Part shown: positions 50,433 through 59,663 of the stretch, in pieces | How the letters are laid out: each line of letters starts with the position of its first letter | Position numbering within the stretch: the first letter of the stretch is position 1 | Origin: Gammaproteobacteria bacterium | GTDB lineage: Bacteria; Pseudomonadota; Gammaproteobacteria; Burkholderiales; Rhodocyclaceae | Direction of reading: 5' to 3' | Assembly (NCBI GenBank): GCA_038322845.1 | Contig: JBBQGH010000003.1 | Span: 2,130-66,129, forward strand | DNA: 64,000 nucleotides | Position numbers and translations under genes: made by a program | The notes under the pieces: generated by a model | Told to the model about the DNA's origin: nothing | Seen by the model: only the letters and a program-made list of their open reading frames with translations | Databases searched by the model: none

Positions 50433-50822
50433 ATGGGTGTGAGCAGCGAAGCCGGCGCAGCCGGACTGCTGGCGCGAGTGCGAGGTGTGGGTGCCACGGC
50501 GTTTGCCATCCTCAAGACGCGCCTTGAACTGTTAGTCACCGAAGTCGAAGAAGAAAAACTTCGGCTAGCCAGCATGCTGGCTTATGCCGCCGCGGCGTTT
50601 TTCTTCCTAGGCTTCGGCGCGATTTTCCTCGCTCTATTCGTTACCGTGTTGCTGTGGGATAGCCAACGTTTGCTGGCCTTGGGCATATTCACTGCGGTCT
50701 TTCTGACCGTCGGCGCGGTAGCCACGTTCGCGGTTGTCCGTTTGGCGCGGCGAGGGTCACAACTCTTTGCCGCCAGCATGGCTGAATTGGCGGAAGACTG
50801 CGAAGCTTTGCGCAACGATTAG
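50433..50822 (+). CDS. YqjE / phage-holin-family membrane protein
   Basis: TRLELLVTEVEEEK motif plus two TM helices; synteny with yqjD. Confidence 0.8.
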   Translation: MGVSSEAGAAGLLARVRGVGATAFAILKTRLELLVTEVEEEKLRLASMLAYAAAAFFFLGFGAIFLALFVTVLLWDSQRLLALGIFTAVFLTVGAVATFAVVRLARRGSQLFAASMAELAEDCEALRND

Positions 50823-50836
50823 TCGATACTCGCCCT

Positions 50837-51136
50837 ATGAACCAGCGCCTAGTAGAACTCGCTCTGAAGAAACAGCGCTTGCAAATTCAAGCGGCCACAC
50901 AACGCTTGCAGATGGCGCAGCAGTTGGAGGTTTTCGCCCCTGCATTCAGCGCTATGCAAGGCCTGCAGCGTATTGGTGCATGGGTGCGCGGCCACAGCCC
51001 CTTGCTCGTCGTCGCCGGTGTCGTCTTGCTTGTAGCGCGGCCCAAGGCGACGTTCCGCTGGGTACGTCGTGGCTTTGTGGCTTGGCAGTTGCTGCGTCGG
51101 ACGCGCGGTGCCTTGCAGGCCATGATTCCCCTGTAA
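50837..51136 (+). CDS. YqjK-like protein
   Basis: LALKKQRLQIQAATQR and HSPLL..VLLVARP; synteny. Confidence 0.75.
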   Translation: MNQRLVELALKKQRLQIQAATQRLQMAQQLEVFAPAFSAMQGLQRIGAWVRGHSPLLVVAGVVLLVARPKATFRWVRRGFVAWQLLRRTRGALQAMIPL

Positions 51137-51141
51137 GGCTC

Positions 51142-51489
51142 ATGCCACAGAATTATTATTCTCGCCCTGCCAGTCCTTTGCGTGGTCTGATCAAGGCGCA
51201 GCAACACCAGCGCGCACGCATGGTCTCGGAAATTCTCAAGATAGATGGCTTAATGCCGCTGCTCATGAAGCAGCGTAATGGCTGTCGCCGGAGCAGCGCC
51301 GAGCGACGTGAATTGCGTGAGGAGTTGCGCGCGCTACCGCTGCATTCGCCTTACCTCTCCCCTTATCGCTTTACGGGGTCTTTGCCCGGCTCAGTGATGT
51401 TGCTACCATTTCTGGCCTGGTGGCTAGATCGTCGGCGCACCCGACGCAATGATGAACCCGTGCGCAACACAAAAGAAACGCAGCGCTGA
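51142..51489 (+). CDS. Hypothetical protein
   Basis: GLMPLLMKQRNG...LPFLAWWLDRRR; follows the yqjK-like gene. Confidence 0.55.
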   Translation: MPQNYYSRPASPLRGLIKAQQHQRARMVSEILKIDGLMPLLMKQRNGCRRSSAERRELREELRALPLHSPYLSPYRFTGSLPGSVMLLPFLAWWLDRRRTRRNDEPVRNTKETQR

Positions 51490-51500
51490 AATCTCCGATT

Positions 51501-52790
51501 TTACCGTCCGAGGCCCAAGGCGGAGGATTCTTCACCCGTCCGCCAGGGTGCTACTCTAAATAGCAACAGCATGCCCGGCACCGCCAGCAGGGCGCAGAGC
51601 AGAAAGAAATTTGTCCAGCCCATTTGTTCCACGATCCAGCCTGTGGTGGCGTTGCCGAAGGTGCGCGGCACAGCGGCGAGACTGGTGAACAAAGCGAACT
51701 GGGTAGCCGTGTAGAGCGGATGCGTGGTGCGGGCGATGTAGGCGACAAAAGCGGCCGTACCCAGGCCCACCCCCAGCGCTTCAACGCCGATCACCAGCGC
51801 CAGTTGCAGCAGATGCTCGGGTTCCACCAGGGCGCGCGGCCCCAGCCAGGCCAGCCAGGCGAAACCAAAGATGGCCAACAATTGCACGGCGCCGAACAAC
51901 CACAGCGCGCGATTAATGCCCAGCCGCACCATCCACAAGCCGCCCAGCAAGCCACCAATCACGCTGGGCCACAAGCCAGCGTTCTTCGCCACCAGGCCGA
52001 TTTCCGATTTAGAAAAACCCATGTCGAGATAGAAGGGCGTGGCGAGTGCCGTGCACATCGAATCACCCAGCTTGTAAAAAAAAATGAAGGCCAGCACCAA
52101 GAGGGCGCTGCGCCAGCCGCTACGCGTGAGGAATTCGCGGAAAGGTTCGACGACCGCGGCGCGCAAGGTGCGCGGTGTCTCCGCCGCCAGCGTCGGCTCG
52201 CGCACCGAGAGCGTGAGTATCATGCCGGGCAGCATGAACAGTGCCGTGATGGCGAAGACCTGCAGCCACGGCAGATGGTCGGCCAGAATCAAGGAAAGCG
52301 AGCCGGGCACCAAACCCGCCACCTTGTAGGCGTTCACGTGCACGGCATTGCCCAGGCCCAGTTCTTCGTCTCGCAACAACTCGCGGCGGTAGGCGTCCAG
52401 CACGATGTCCTGCGTGGCGCTCAAGAAGGCCAGGAGTACGGTGAGCCAGATAATCCAATCTAGTTGATCGCGCGGCGAAAGCGCACCTAGCGCGGCAATG
52501 GCGGCGAACAAGCCCAACTGCGTCGCCAGCATCCAGCCACGTCGACGCCCCAGCAGTGGCAGCGCATAGCGGTCCAGCAAGGGTGACCAGAGAAATTTCC
52601 AGGTGTAGGGAAACTGAATCAGCGCGAACAAGCCGATGGCCTTCAAGCCTATGCCCTCGCTGCGCAGCCAGGCCGGCAACAAATTGAGCAGAAGGTACAG
52701 CGGCAAGCCAGACGAAAAGCCCGTGAACACGCAAATCAGCATGCGCCGATTGAGCAGGGCGGCGATCGGCGAGGGCTTGTCGTTGGGCAT
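51501..52790 (-). CDS. ampG: Muropeptide MFS permease AmpG
   Basis: GFSSGLPL, PYTWKFLWSPLLDR, SATQDIVLDAYR and ATQFALFTSL motifs. Confidence 0.92.
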   Translation of the reverse strand: MPNDKPSPIAALLNRRMLICVFTGFSSGLPLYLLLNLLPAWLRSEGIGLKAIGLFALIQFPYTWKFLWSPLLDRYALPLLGRRRGWMLATQLGLFAAIAALGALSPRDQLDWIIWLTVLLAFLSATQDIVLDAYRRELLRDEELGLGNAVHVNAYKVAGLVPGSLSLILADHLPWLQVFAITALFMLPGMILTLSVREPTLAAETPRTLRAAVVEPFREFLTRSGWRSALLVLAFIFFYKLGDSMCTALATPFYLDMGFSKSEIGLVAKNAGLWPSVIGGLLGGLWMVRLGINRALWLFGAVQLLAIFGFAWLAWLGPRALVEPEHLLQLALVIGVEALGVGLGTAAFVAYIARTTHPLYTATQFALFTSLAAVPRTFGNATTGWIVEQMGWTNFFLLCALLAVPGMLLLFRVAPWRTGEESSALGLGR

Positions 52791-52807
52791 GGGAAATTAA
52801 AAGCAAA

Positions 52808-52911
52808 GCAGCCGCGGATTTCGCCCCGCAGGAAGTCCCCTTGAGGGGCGCGGATGACACGGATTTTCTTCTTTGGATTTATCCGCGTTCATCCGCGAAA
52901 TCCGCGGCTGC
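52808..52911. repeat. 9-nt-period palindromic element carrying a nested insertion
   Basis: Perfect 17-bp inverted repeats GCAGCCGCGGATTTCGC / GCGAAATCCGCGGCTGC; left arm interrupted by CCCGCAGGAAGTCCCCTTGAGGGG. Confidence 0.8.
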
Positions 52912-52919
52912 ACTTTCAT

Positions 52920-53537
52920 TCAACCCGCCCGCCGGAAGCGAAACACGGCGAGACTACCGCGCAAATTGGGCAACCAGCGCACTTCCTCACCTTCATGCAG
53001 CACCTGACGAGCGATGATTTCGATGCCACGCTGGCGACAGAAGTTTTGAAAATCAACAATAGTGCACAGGTGAATGTTGGGCGTGTTGTACCACTCGTAG
53101 GGCAGACGCTCCGAGACCGGCATATGGCCTTCGATGCCGACCTGCCAACGATGGCGCCAATAGCCGAAGTTGGGAAAAGTGACGATGGCCTCGCGACCGA
53201 CGCGCAGCATTTCGTCGATGATTTCTTCGGTATGCCGCATCGCTTGCAAGGTTTGCGAGAGGATGACGCAATCGAATGCGCCATTCTCGAAGCCGGCGAG
53301 GCCAGCTTCGAGATTGCTTTGGATTATATTCACACCGGCCTTGACGCAAGCCAGCACATTCCCGTCACTAATCTCCACGCCATAGCCATGGACGTCGCGC
53401 GCCTGGGCGAGGTGGCGCAGCAGCGCGCCGTCGCCGCAGCCGAGATCGAGCACAGTCGCGCGCGGTGCCACCCAGCCGGCGATGACATCGAAATCCGCAC
53501 GGCCGGATTGTGCGGCGAGGATAGCCTGGCTATTCAT
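52920..53537 (-). CDS. metW: Methionine biosynthesis protein MetW
   Basis: [23 protein letters not shown] and [11 protein letters not shown] motifs. Confidence 0.92.
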   Translation of the reverse strand: MNSQAILAAQSGRADFDVIAGWVAPRATVLDLGCGDGALLRHLAQARDVHGYGVEISDGNVLACVKAGVNIIQSNLEAGLAGFENGAFDCVILSQTLQAMRHTEEIIDEMLRVGREAIVTFPNFGYWRHRWQVGIEGHMPVSERLPYEWYNTPNIHLCTIVDFQNFCRQRGIEIIARQVLHEGEEVRWLPNLRGSLAVFRFRRAG

Positions 53538-54670
53538 GCCACGCCCTCCGCGATGTTTTCAAAGTAAGCCCGCAGCAGACCGTGGTAGCGCGGATCGTCG
53601 AGCAAAAAAGCGTCGTGCCCATGCGGCGCGTCGATTTCCGCGTAAGAGACATCGCGTTTATCGTCGAGCAAGGCTTGCACGATCTCGCGCGAACGCGCCG
53701 GCGAAAAGCGCCAGTCTGACGTGAACGAGACCACGAGAAAATGCGCCTTTACACCGGCCAGTGCGGCAGAGAGACTGCCACCATATTCCAAGGCCGGATC
53801 GAAATAATCCAGCGTACGAGTGATGAGCAGGTAGGTATTGGCGTCGAAATAATTCGAGAATTTATCGCCTTGATGGCGCAGGTAGGATTCGATTTCGAAA
53901 TCCACGCCGAAGTGAAAGCCGATGCTGCCCGTACGCAGGCCGCGACCAAATTTCTCCATCATGGCGTCGTCGGATAGATAGGTGATATGGCCGATCATAC
54001 GGGCCAGCCGCAGGCCACCGCGCGGCACTACGCCGTGGGCGTAAAAATCGCCGCCGTGAAAATCTGGATCGGTGGTGATAGCCTGGCGCGCCACCTCGTT
54101 GAAGGCGATATTCTGGGCTGACAGCTTGGGAGCAGCGGCGATGACAATGGCGTTACGTACGCGCTCCGGAAAACTGATGGCCCACTGCATAGCTTGCATG
54201 GCGCCGAGACTGCCGCCCATGACGGCGGCGAACTGACGTATGCCGAGACGATCCGCCAAGCGTGCCTGCGCCGCCACCCAGTCTTCCACCGTCAACACCG
54301 GAAAGTGCGAGCCGTAGGGCTGGCCGGTCTTGGGATCGATGCTCGCGGGTCCGGTGGAACCGAAGCAACCTCCGAGATTATTCACGCCGATGACAAAAAA
54401 GCGACGGGTGTCCACCGGCTTGCCCGGCCCGATCATGTTGTCCCACCAGCCGATATTCTCGGCATCGCCGGCATACCAGCCGGCGACGTGATGCGAGGCG
54501 TTGAGCGCGTGGCAGACCAGCACGGCGTTAGAGTGTTCGGCGTTAAGCGTGCCGTAGGTTTCGTAGGCGAGATCGTAGGCATCGAGCACCGCGCCACTGC
54601 GGAAATGCAAGGGCTCCTCGAAATGCATGCGCTGCGCCGCCACGGCGCCGACGGAATTTCCCTCGGCCAT
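53534..54670 (-). CDS. metX: Homoserine O-acyltransferase MetX
   Basis: [16 protein letters not shown] nucleophile elbow, HGHDAFLL. Confidence 0.93.
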   Translation of the reverse strand: MAEGNSVGAVAAQRMHFEEPLHFRSGAVLDAYDLAYETYGTLNAEHSNAVLVCHALNASHHVAGWYAGDAENIGWWDNMIGPGKPVDTRRFFVIGVNNLGGCFGSTGPASIDPKTGQPYGSHFPVLTVEDWVAAQARLADRLGIRQFAAVMGGSLGAMQAMQWAISFPERVRNAIVIAAAPKLSAQNIAFNEVARQAITTDPDFHGGDFYAHGVVPRGGLRLARMIGHITYLSDDAMMEKFGRGLRTGSIGFHFGVDFEIESYLRHQGDKFSNYFDANTYLLITRTLDYFDPALEYGGSLSAALAGVKAHFLVVSFTSDWRFSPARSREIVQALLDDKRDVSYAEIDAPHGHDAFLLDDPRYHGLLRAYFENIAEGVA

Positions 54671-54700
54671 GTGTTCCTCTATGTTTTCTTCTCAATACCA

Positions 54701-54736
54701 AAAACAAAAACCCGGTCAGCTAAGCTGGACCGGGTT
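54701..54736 (-). terminator. Intrinsic terminator in the metX leader
   Basis: Minus strand AACCCGGTCCAGC-TTA-GCTGACCGGGTT followed by TTTGTTTT. Confidence 0.8.
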
Positions 54737-54742
54737 GCGAGT

Positions 54743-54857
54743 CCGCGCTTAGCCGTATTTATAAGGAAGGGTTCGAACATCACGAACTTCCTTAAGGAAG
54801 CGTTCAAACCTCATGAACTTCCTTTAGCGCCCGCAAGCTGACGGTGAAATCGGCGCT
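54743..54857 (-). promoter_or_regulatory. SAM-II-like riboswitch with an internal 62-nt insertion
   Basis: Minus strand AGCGCC-GATTTCA-CCGTCAGC-TTGC-GGGCGCT-[insert]-ATAAATACG-GCTAA-GCGCGG upstream of metX. P1 pairing and the GAUUU, UUGC, AUAAA and GCUAA SAM-II hallmarks are present. Confidence 0.75.
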
Positions 54858-54924
54858 GTCTGTAGAAATTACCTTGATGCAGACAAAATGTAAAGCCCTC
54901 ACCCCGCCGCGCGCAACGCAACGC

Positions 54925-56649
54925 TCAGGCCGCATTGAGCTTGTCGAGCTGCGTGCGCAGTTTGATCGGATCGTCCGTATTAAGCATGCGCTGCACCTTG
55001 CGTTTTAGCTCCTTGAAGTCGCTGCGCAGCACCTGCTGTTTGACTTCGAGTATTTGCGCCGGATGCATGGAAAACTGACGCAATCCCATGCCTAACATTA
55101 GCCGGGTCAGGCTAGCGTCGCCGGCCATTTCGCCGCACACCGCGACGGGCAAACCGGCGCGGGTGCCGGCCTGAATGGTGTGCGCAATAAGGCGCAACAC
55201 AGCCGGGTGTAGCGGGTCATAAAGATGCGCCACCGCTTCGTCGGTGCGGTCAATCGCCAGCGTGTATTGGATAAGGTCATTGGTGCCGATGGAGAGAAAA
55301 TCCAGCTTGTCGAGAAACACGCCCAACGCCAGGGCGGCGGCCGGGATTTCGATCATGCCGCCGACTTCTATGGCTTCGTTAAAGGGCTGGCCTTGGCCAC
55401 GCAAGGCTTCCTTGGCGAGCTGGATCAGCGATAGCGTCTGACGGATTTCCTGCGCATACGAGAGCATGGGAATGAGCATGCGCACATGGCCGTAGTGCGA
55501 GGCGCGCAGGATGGCGCGCAACTGCGCAAGAAACATTTGCGGCTCGGACAAGCAGTAGCGGATGGCGCGCAGGCCCAGCGCCGGATTGGCTTCGCTGCGC
55601 TGGCCGCGCAGGCCCTTATCGCCACCCACATCTAGCGTGCGGATGGTAACCGGCTTGCCCTCCATGGCCTCGGTCACACTGCGATATGCATGAAATTGCT
55701 CTTCTTCGTCCGGCATGTCGGCGCGGTTGAGGAAGAGGAACTCGGTGCGGAATAGGCCAATGCCAGCAGCATTGACTTCCCTGACGTGCGGCATATCCTG
55801 CGGCAATTCGATATTGGCTTGCAGGCTGATGTCTTCACCGTCAAGTGTGGTGGCGCGGGATTTTTTCAGGCGCTTGAGCTTGGAGCGTTCCAGATCCAGC
55901 TCGGTGCGGCGCAGGCGATACTCTTCGAGCACGCGCGGATCCGGATCGACGATCAGCACGCCGCGCCCGCCATCAACGATGAGCATGTCGTTTTCGCGGA
56001 TCAGCGCGCGCGCGTGATGCAAACCAACCACCGCTGGAATGGCGAGACTGCGCGCAACGATGGCGGTATGCGACGTGGCGCCGCCGAAATCGGTGACGAA
56101 GCCGCCGATTTTGAGCTGCTTGAACTGGATAGTGTCGGCCGGCGACAAATCGTGCGCCACGATGATGAGATGTTCTTCGCGTCCGCGGCGCGGCGGTAAC
56201 TGGCCAGGGTGGCCCAGCAAGACCTTCAACACACGCTCGACTACTTGCACTATGTCGGCCTTGCGCTCGCGCAGATACACATCTTCGATCTGGTCGAACT
56301 GATGCACTACCTGCTCCATTTGTTGCACCAGTGCCCACTCAGCGTTGCAGCGCCGCTCGCGGATGAGGGCGCGCGTGGCGTCAGTCAGCATCGGGTCGGC
56401 CAGGATCATTTGATGCACATCGATGAAGGCGGTTATCTCGGCTGGCGTACCCACACTGCTGCCGGCAAGCAATTGATCCAGTTCTTCACCGACTACAACC
56501 AGCGCCGCATCCAGACGGGCGATTTCCTCTTCAACCGCTTTTACAGGCAGCAAAAGGTGGGACACTTCCAGTGTGGCGTGCGACACCAGATGGGCATGGC
56601 CGATGGCGATGCCATGAGAGACCGCCAGGCCGTGGATGGTGAAGCTCAT
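54925..56649 (-). CDS. ptsI: PEP-protein phosphotransferase (PTS enzyme I)
   Basis: GGATSHTAIVARS, GIGLFRTEF and SIGTNDLIQY motifs. Confidence 0.93.
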   Translation of the reverse strand: MSFTIHGLAVSHGIAIGHAHLVSHATLEVSHLLLPVKAVEEEIARLDAALVVVGEELDQLLAGSSVGTPAEITAFIDVHQMILADPMLTDATRALIRERRCNAEWALVQQMEQVVHQFDQIEDVYLRERKADIVQVVERVLKVLLGHPGQLPPRRGREEHLIIVAHDLSPADTIQFKQLKIGGFVTDFGGATSHTAIVARSLAIPAVVGLHHARALIRENDMLIVDGGRGVLIVDPDPRVLEEYRLRRTELDLERSKLKRLKKSRATTLDGEDISLQANIELPQDMPHVREVNAAGIGLFRTEFLFLNRADMPDEEEQFHAYRSVTEAMEGKPVTIRTLDVGGDKGLRGQRSEANPALGLRAIRYCLSEPQMFLAQLRAILRASHYGHVRMLIPMLSYAQEIRQTLSLIQLAKEALRGQGQPFNEAIEVGGMIEIPAAALALGVFLDKLDFLSIGTNDLIQYTLAIDRTDEAVAHLYDPLHPAVLRLIAHTIQAGTRAGLPVAVCGEMAGDASLTRLMLGMGLRQFSMHPAQILEVKQQVLRSDFKELKRKVQRMLNTDDPIKLRTQLDKLNAA

Positions 56650-56653
56650 GGCT

Positions 56654-56923
56654 TCACTCGCCCTCGCCAAATTTGTCGGCGATGAGAGCAATGATGGCGG
56701 CGAGCGCCGCATCAGCATCGGGGCCTTCAGTCTCCACGACGATAGTGGCGCCTTTGCCAGCGGCCAGCATCATTACACCCATAATGCTTTTGGCATTGAC
56801 GCGGCGGCCGTTGCGCTCTAACCATACTTCACACACGAAAGGCGTGGCCGTCTGTGTGAGTTTGGCCGAAGCGCGCGCATGCAGCCCCAGGCGATTGACG
56901 ATTTCGACTTCCTTCTTAGGCAT
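56654..56923 (-). CDS. ptsH: Phosphocarrier protein HPr
   Basis: GLHARAS and NAKSIMG motifs. Confidence 0.93.
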   Translation of the reverse strand: MPKKEVEIVNRLGLHARASAKLTQTATPFVCEVWLERNGRRVNAKSIMGVMMLAAGKGATIVVETEGPDADAALAAIIALIADKFGEGE

Positions 56924-57314
56924 GCCGCTCCCCTTTGATCTGCAGCACGCCATCGTGTCCGCCGGATACCGCTTTGCTGATCAAAGTTTCCATATCCTTA
57001 TCACGGTAGGTTAGCGCACGTAATAGCATGGGCAGATTGGCGCCCGTCACGGCCTCGACATGACCGTACTGCAATAATTTCTGCGCAATGTTGCTCGGCG
57101 TAGCGCCGAAAACATCGGTGAGCACGAGTACGCCACTGCCGCTGTCCACCATTTTCAGCATGTCTCGCGCCAGGGGCAGCGCATCCAGGGGATCGTCCTG
57201 GGCGGAAACGCCCAACTGCACGAGTTGCAGTGGACGTTTGTTGAGTACATGGCAGGCACACTGGATGAGCGATTCACCAAGGCTGCCATGTGTGATGAGA
57301 AAAATGCCGATCAT
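56916..57314 (-). CDS. PTS EIIA component, mannose/fructose type
   Basis: LITHG, LTDVFGATPSN and GANLPML motifs. Confidence 0.88.
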   Translation of the reverse strand: MIGIFLITHGSLGESLIQCACHVLNKRPLQLVQLGVSAQDDPLDALPLARDMLKMVDSGSGVLVLTDVFGATPSNIAQKLLQYGHVEAVTGANLPMLLRALTYRDKDMETLISKAVSGGHDGVLQIKGERHA

Positions 57315-57377
57315 AGGTGTGCCTGGATAGTCAGAAGATTGTAACCGAAGGCCGCGAAGACTCGAGGGGGCCGGTCT

Positions 57378-58337
57378 CTATGCTGCCCCGTGCTTAGTTA
57401 GACAGGCTTTTTCCAGCGCATCAATGAACATGCCAGCAACATTGAAGCCGGTTTGTTCAGTGATTTCGACAAAGCAGGTCGGGCTGGTGACATTGATTTC
57501 GGTGAGGCAGTCGCCAATGACATCTATGCCGGTGAGCAGTATGCCGCGACGCTGGAGTATCGGCGCGAGGTGTTCGGCGATTTCGCGGTCGCGTGTGGAG
57601 AGCGGTTGCGCCACGCCAGTGCCACCGGCGGCGAGATTGCCGCGCGTCTCACCCGCCTTGGGGATGCGCGCCAAAGCGTAAGGCACGACTTCGCCGCCTA
57701 TGAGCAGGATGCGTTTGTCGCCTTGGGCGATTTCCGGCAAATAGTGCTGGGCCATGATGGTGCGTGTGCCGTGATGCGTGAGCATCTCGGTGATGACGTT
57801 GCGATTGGGGTCATTGCGATGCACGCGGAAAATCTGGCTGCCACCCATGCCGTCTATGGGTTTCAGCACCGCATCTTGCATATGGTCGATAAAAGCCTGG
57901 ATCGCCTCGGGTTCGCGCGCCACCAATGTGGGTGTAGTGAATTGCGGAAACTCCAGAATTGAGAGCTTCTCGGAGTGGTCTCGTACGCTGCGAGGATCGT
58001 TGAAGACGCGCGCCCCGCCTGCCTTCGCACGCTCCAGCAACCAGGTGGCAGCAATATATTCGATATCGAAGGGGGGGTCCTGACGCATCAGCACCGCGTC
58101 GAAAGCGCTTAATAATTGTTCGGAGGTAGCGCCTACCTCAAACCAATCATGATGGTCGTCGCTGAGCATCAAGGGTGCCGCCTGCGCCCGCACCGCGCCG
58201 TCACGCCACATGAGCGCAGGCCGCATCACAGCATGCACCTCGTAGCCACGCCGTTGCGCCTCGCGCATCATGGCGACGCTCGAATCTTTGTAAGCCTTGA
58301 GGTGCTCGAGCGGATCGAGAATGAAGCAGAGCTTCAC
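57378..58337 (-). CDS. gshB: Glutathione synthetase
   Basis: KDSSVAMMREAQRRG, MRQDPP, KPIDGMGG and EINVTSPT motifs. Confidence 0.93.
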   Translation of the reverse strand: MKLCFILDPLEHLKAYKDSSVAMMREAQRRGYEVHAVMRPALMWRDGAVRAQAAPLMLSDDHHDWFEVGATSEQLLSAFDAVLMRQDPPFDIEYIAATWLLERAKAGGARVFNDPRSVRDHSEKLSILEFPQFTTPTLVAREPEAIQAFIDHMQDAVLKPIDGMGGSQIFRVHRNDPNRNVITEMLTHHGTRTIMAQHYLPEIAQGDKRILLIGGEVVPYALARIPKAGETRGNLAAGGTGVAQPLSTRDREIAEHLAPILQRRGILLTGIDVIGDCLTEINVTSPTCFVEITEQTGFNVAGMFIDALEKACLTKHGAA

Positions 58338-59623
58338 GCGACACTCTCAGCCGGTTGGGAAACTTCAAGTTCAACCGCCGCCGCGAGCATGGCTAGCCGG
58401 GCGACAACCCCGTAGGCGAAGAAACGATTCGGCGGCGCATCGGGCTCACAGTGCGGATCGGGCAAGGAACAACTAGTCTCGAAAGCCAGCGGCTCGAAAC
58501 GCATGCCCGGCGCGTTGAGATTCTCGTCGCGACCGCGCTCGGTGTTGACGCGGTAAAAGCCACCGACCACATAGCGATCGATCATGTACACCACCGGCTC
58601 GGCGACATTGCCGTCTATAGTTTCGAAGGTGTGCACACCTTCCTGAATGATGACCTCGGTGACCTGCAAGCCTTCCTTACCCACCGCCATCTTGTTGCGC
58701 TGTTTGCGATTGAGTCCGGTGACTTCGGCGGCGTCATACACCGTCATGATGCCCATGCCGTAGGTGCCGGCGTCGGCCTTGACGATCACGAAGGGCTTCT
58801 CCTTCACGCCGTATTGCTGGTACTTGGCGCGTATGCGCGTCAGCACCGCATCTACATTCGCGGCCAGGCATTCTTCGCCCTGACGCTCCTGGAAATTGAT
58901 CTCGCCGCACATGGCGAAATCGGGGTTGATGAGCCAGGGATCGAGGCCCAGGGTCTGAGCGAATTCGCCGGCGACGCGATCATAGGCGGCGAAGTGCTGC
59001 GATTTGCGCCGCGTCATCCAACCGGCATGCAGCGGCGGAAGAACGAACTGCTCGTTCAGGTTCTTGAGTATCTCGGGTACGCCAGCGGAGAGATCGTTGT
59101 TGAGCAGAATGGCGCAGGGATCGAAACCGTCCAAACCCAGACGGCCGTTGTTGCGCTTCATCGGTTCCAGCAACAATTGTTGGCCATCGGCCAGTGCTAT
59201 GGGAGTCGGCTCCGTGATATCGGGAATCAGCGTGCCTATGCGCACATTAAGGCCCGCGTGACGCAGGATGGTAGCAAGCTGAGCGACGTTTTGCAGATAG
59301 AACAAATTACGCGTATGGTTTTCCGGCACCAGCAGCAGATTCTTGGCGTCGGGACAGATCTTCTCAATAGCGGCCATGGCCGCCTGCACGCACAGCGGCA
59401 GAAATGCCGGATTCAAATTATTGAAGCCGCCAGGAAAGAGATTGGTATCGACGGGCGCCAGCTTGAAGCCGGCGTTGCGCAAGTCCACCGACGTATAGAA
59501 CGGCGGTGTGTGATCCTGCCATTGCGCGCGGAACCATTGTTCGATGTCCGTGCGCGCGCCCAGAAATTTCTGTTCCAGATCGAGCAGCGGACCAGTCAGT
59601 GCAGTAGTGAGATGAGGGACCAT
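58334..59623 (-). CDS. gshA: Glutamate-cysteine ligase (betaproteobacterial GshA type)
   Basis: SVDLRNAGFKLAPVDTNLFPGGFNNL and KADAGTYGMG; adjacent to gshB. Confidence 0.9.
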   Translation of the reverse strand: MVPHLTTALTGPLLDLEQKFLGARTDIEQWFRAQWQDHTPPFYTSVDLRNAGFKLAPVDTNLFPGGFNNLNPAFLPLCVQAAMAAIEKICPDAKNLLLVPENHTRNLFYLQNVAQLATILRHAGLNVRIGTLIPDITEPTPIALADGQQLLLEPMKRNNGRLGLDGFDPCAILLNNDLSAGVPEILKNLNEQFVLPPLHAGWMTRRKSQHFAAYDRVAGEFAQTLGLDPWLINPDFAMCGEINFQERQGEECLAANVDAVLTRIRAKYQQYGVKEKPFVIVKADAGTYGMGIMTVYDAAEVTGLNRKQRNKMAVGKEGLQVTEVIIQEGVHTFETIDGNVAEPVVYMIDRYVVGGFYRVNTERGRDENLNAPGMRFEPLAFETSCSLPDPHCEPDAPPNRFFAYGVVARLAMLAAAVELEVSQPAESVA

Positions 59624-59663
59624 GATGTCGCGTTCGAATTCGTAGAAGGTTACAGCAAAGGCA

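Noticed and set aside
50433-50822. Prophage lysis cassette (holin-family label)
   Set aside because: It is the conserved chromosomal yqjD-yqjE-yqjK trio; no endolysin or phage genes are nearby.
51142-51489. Possible decay of the hypothetical gene (SPYLSPY duplication, odd middle segment)
   Set aside because: The frame is intact and I cannot align orthologues, so there is not enough evidence for pseudogenisation.
54925-57314. PTS genes without a sugar permease as a novel system
   Set aside because: The EIIA(Man)-HPr-EI regulatory cluster is well known in Betaproteobacteria.
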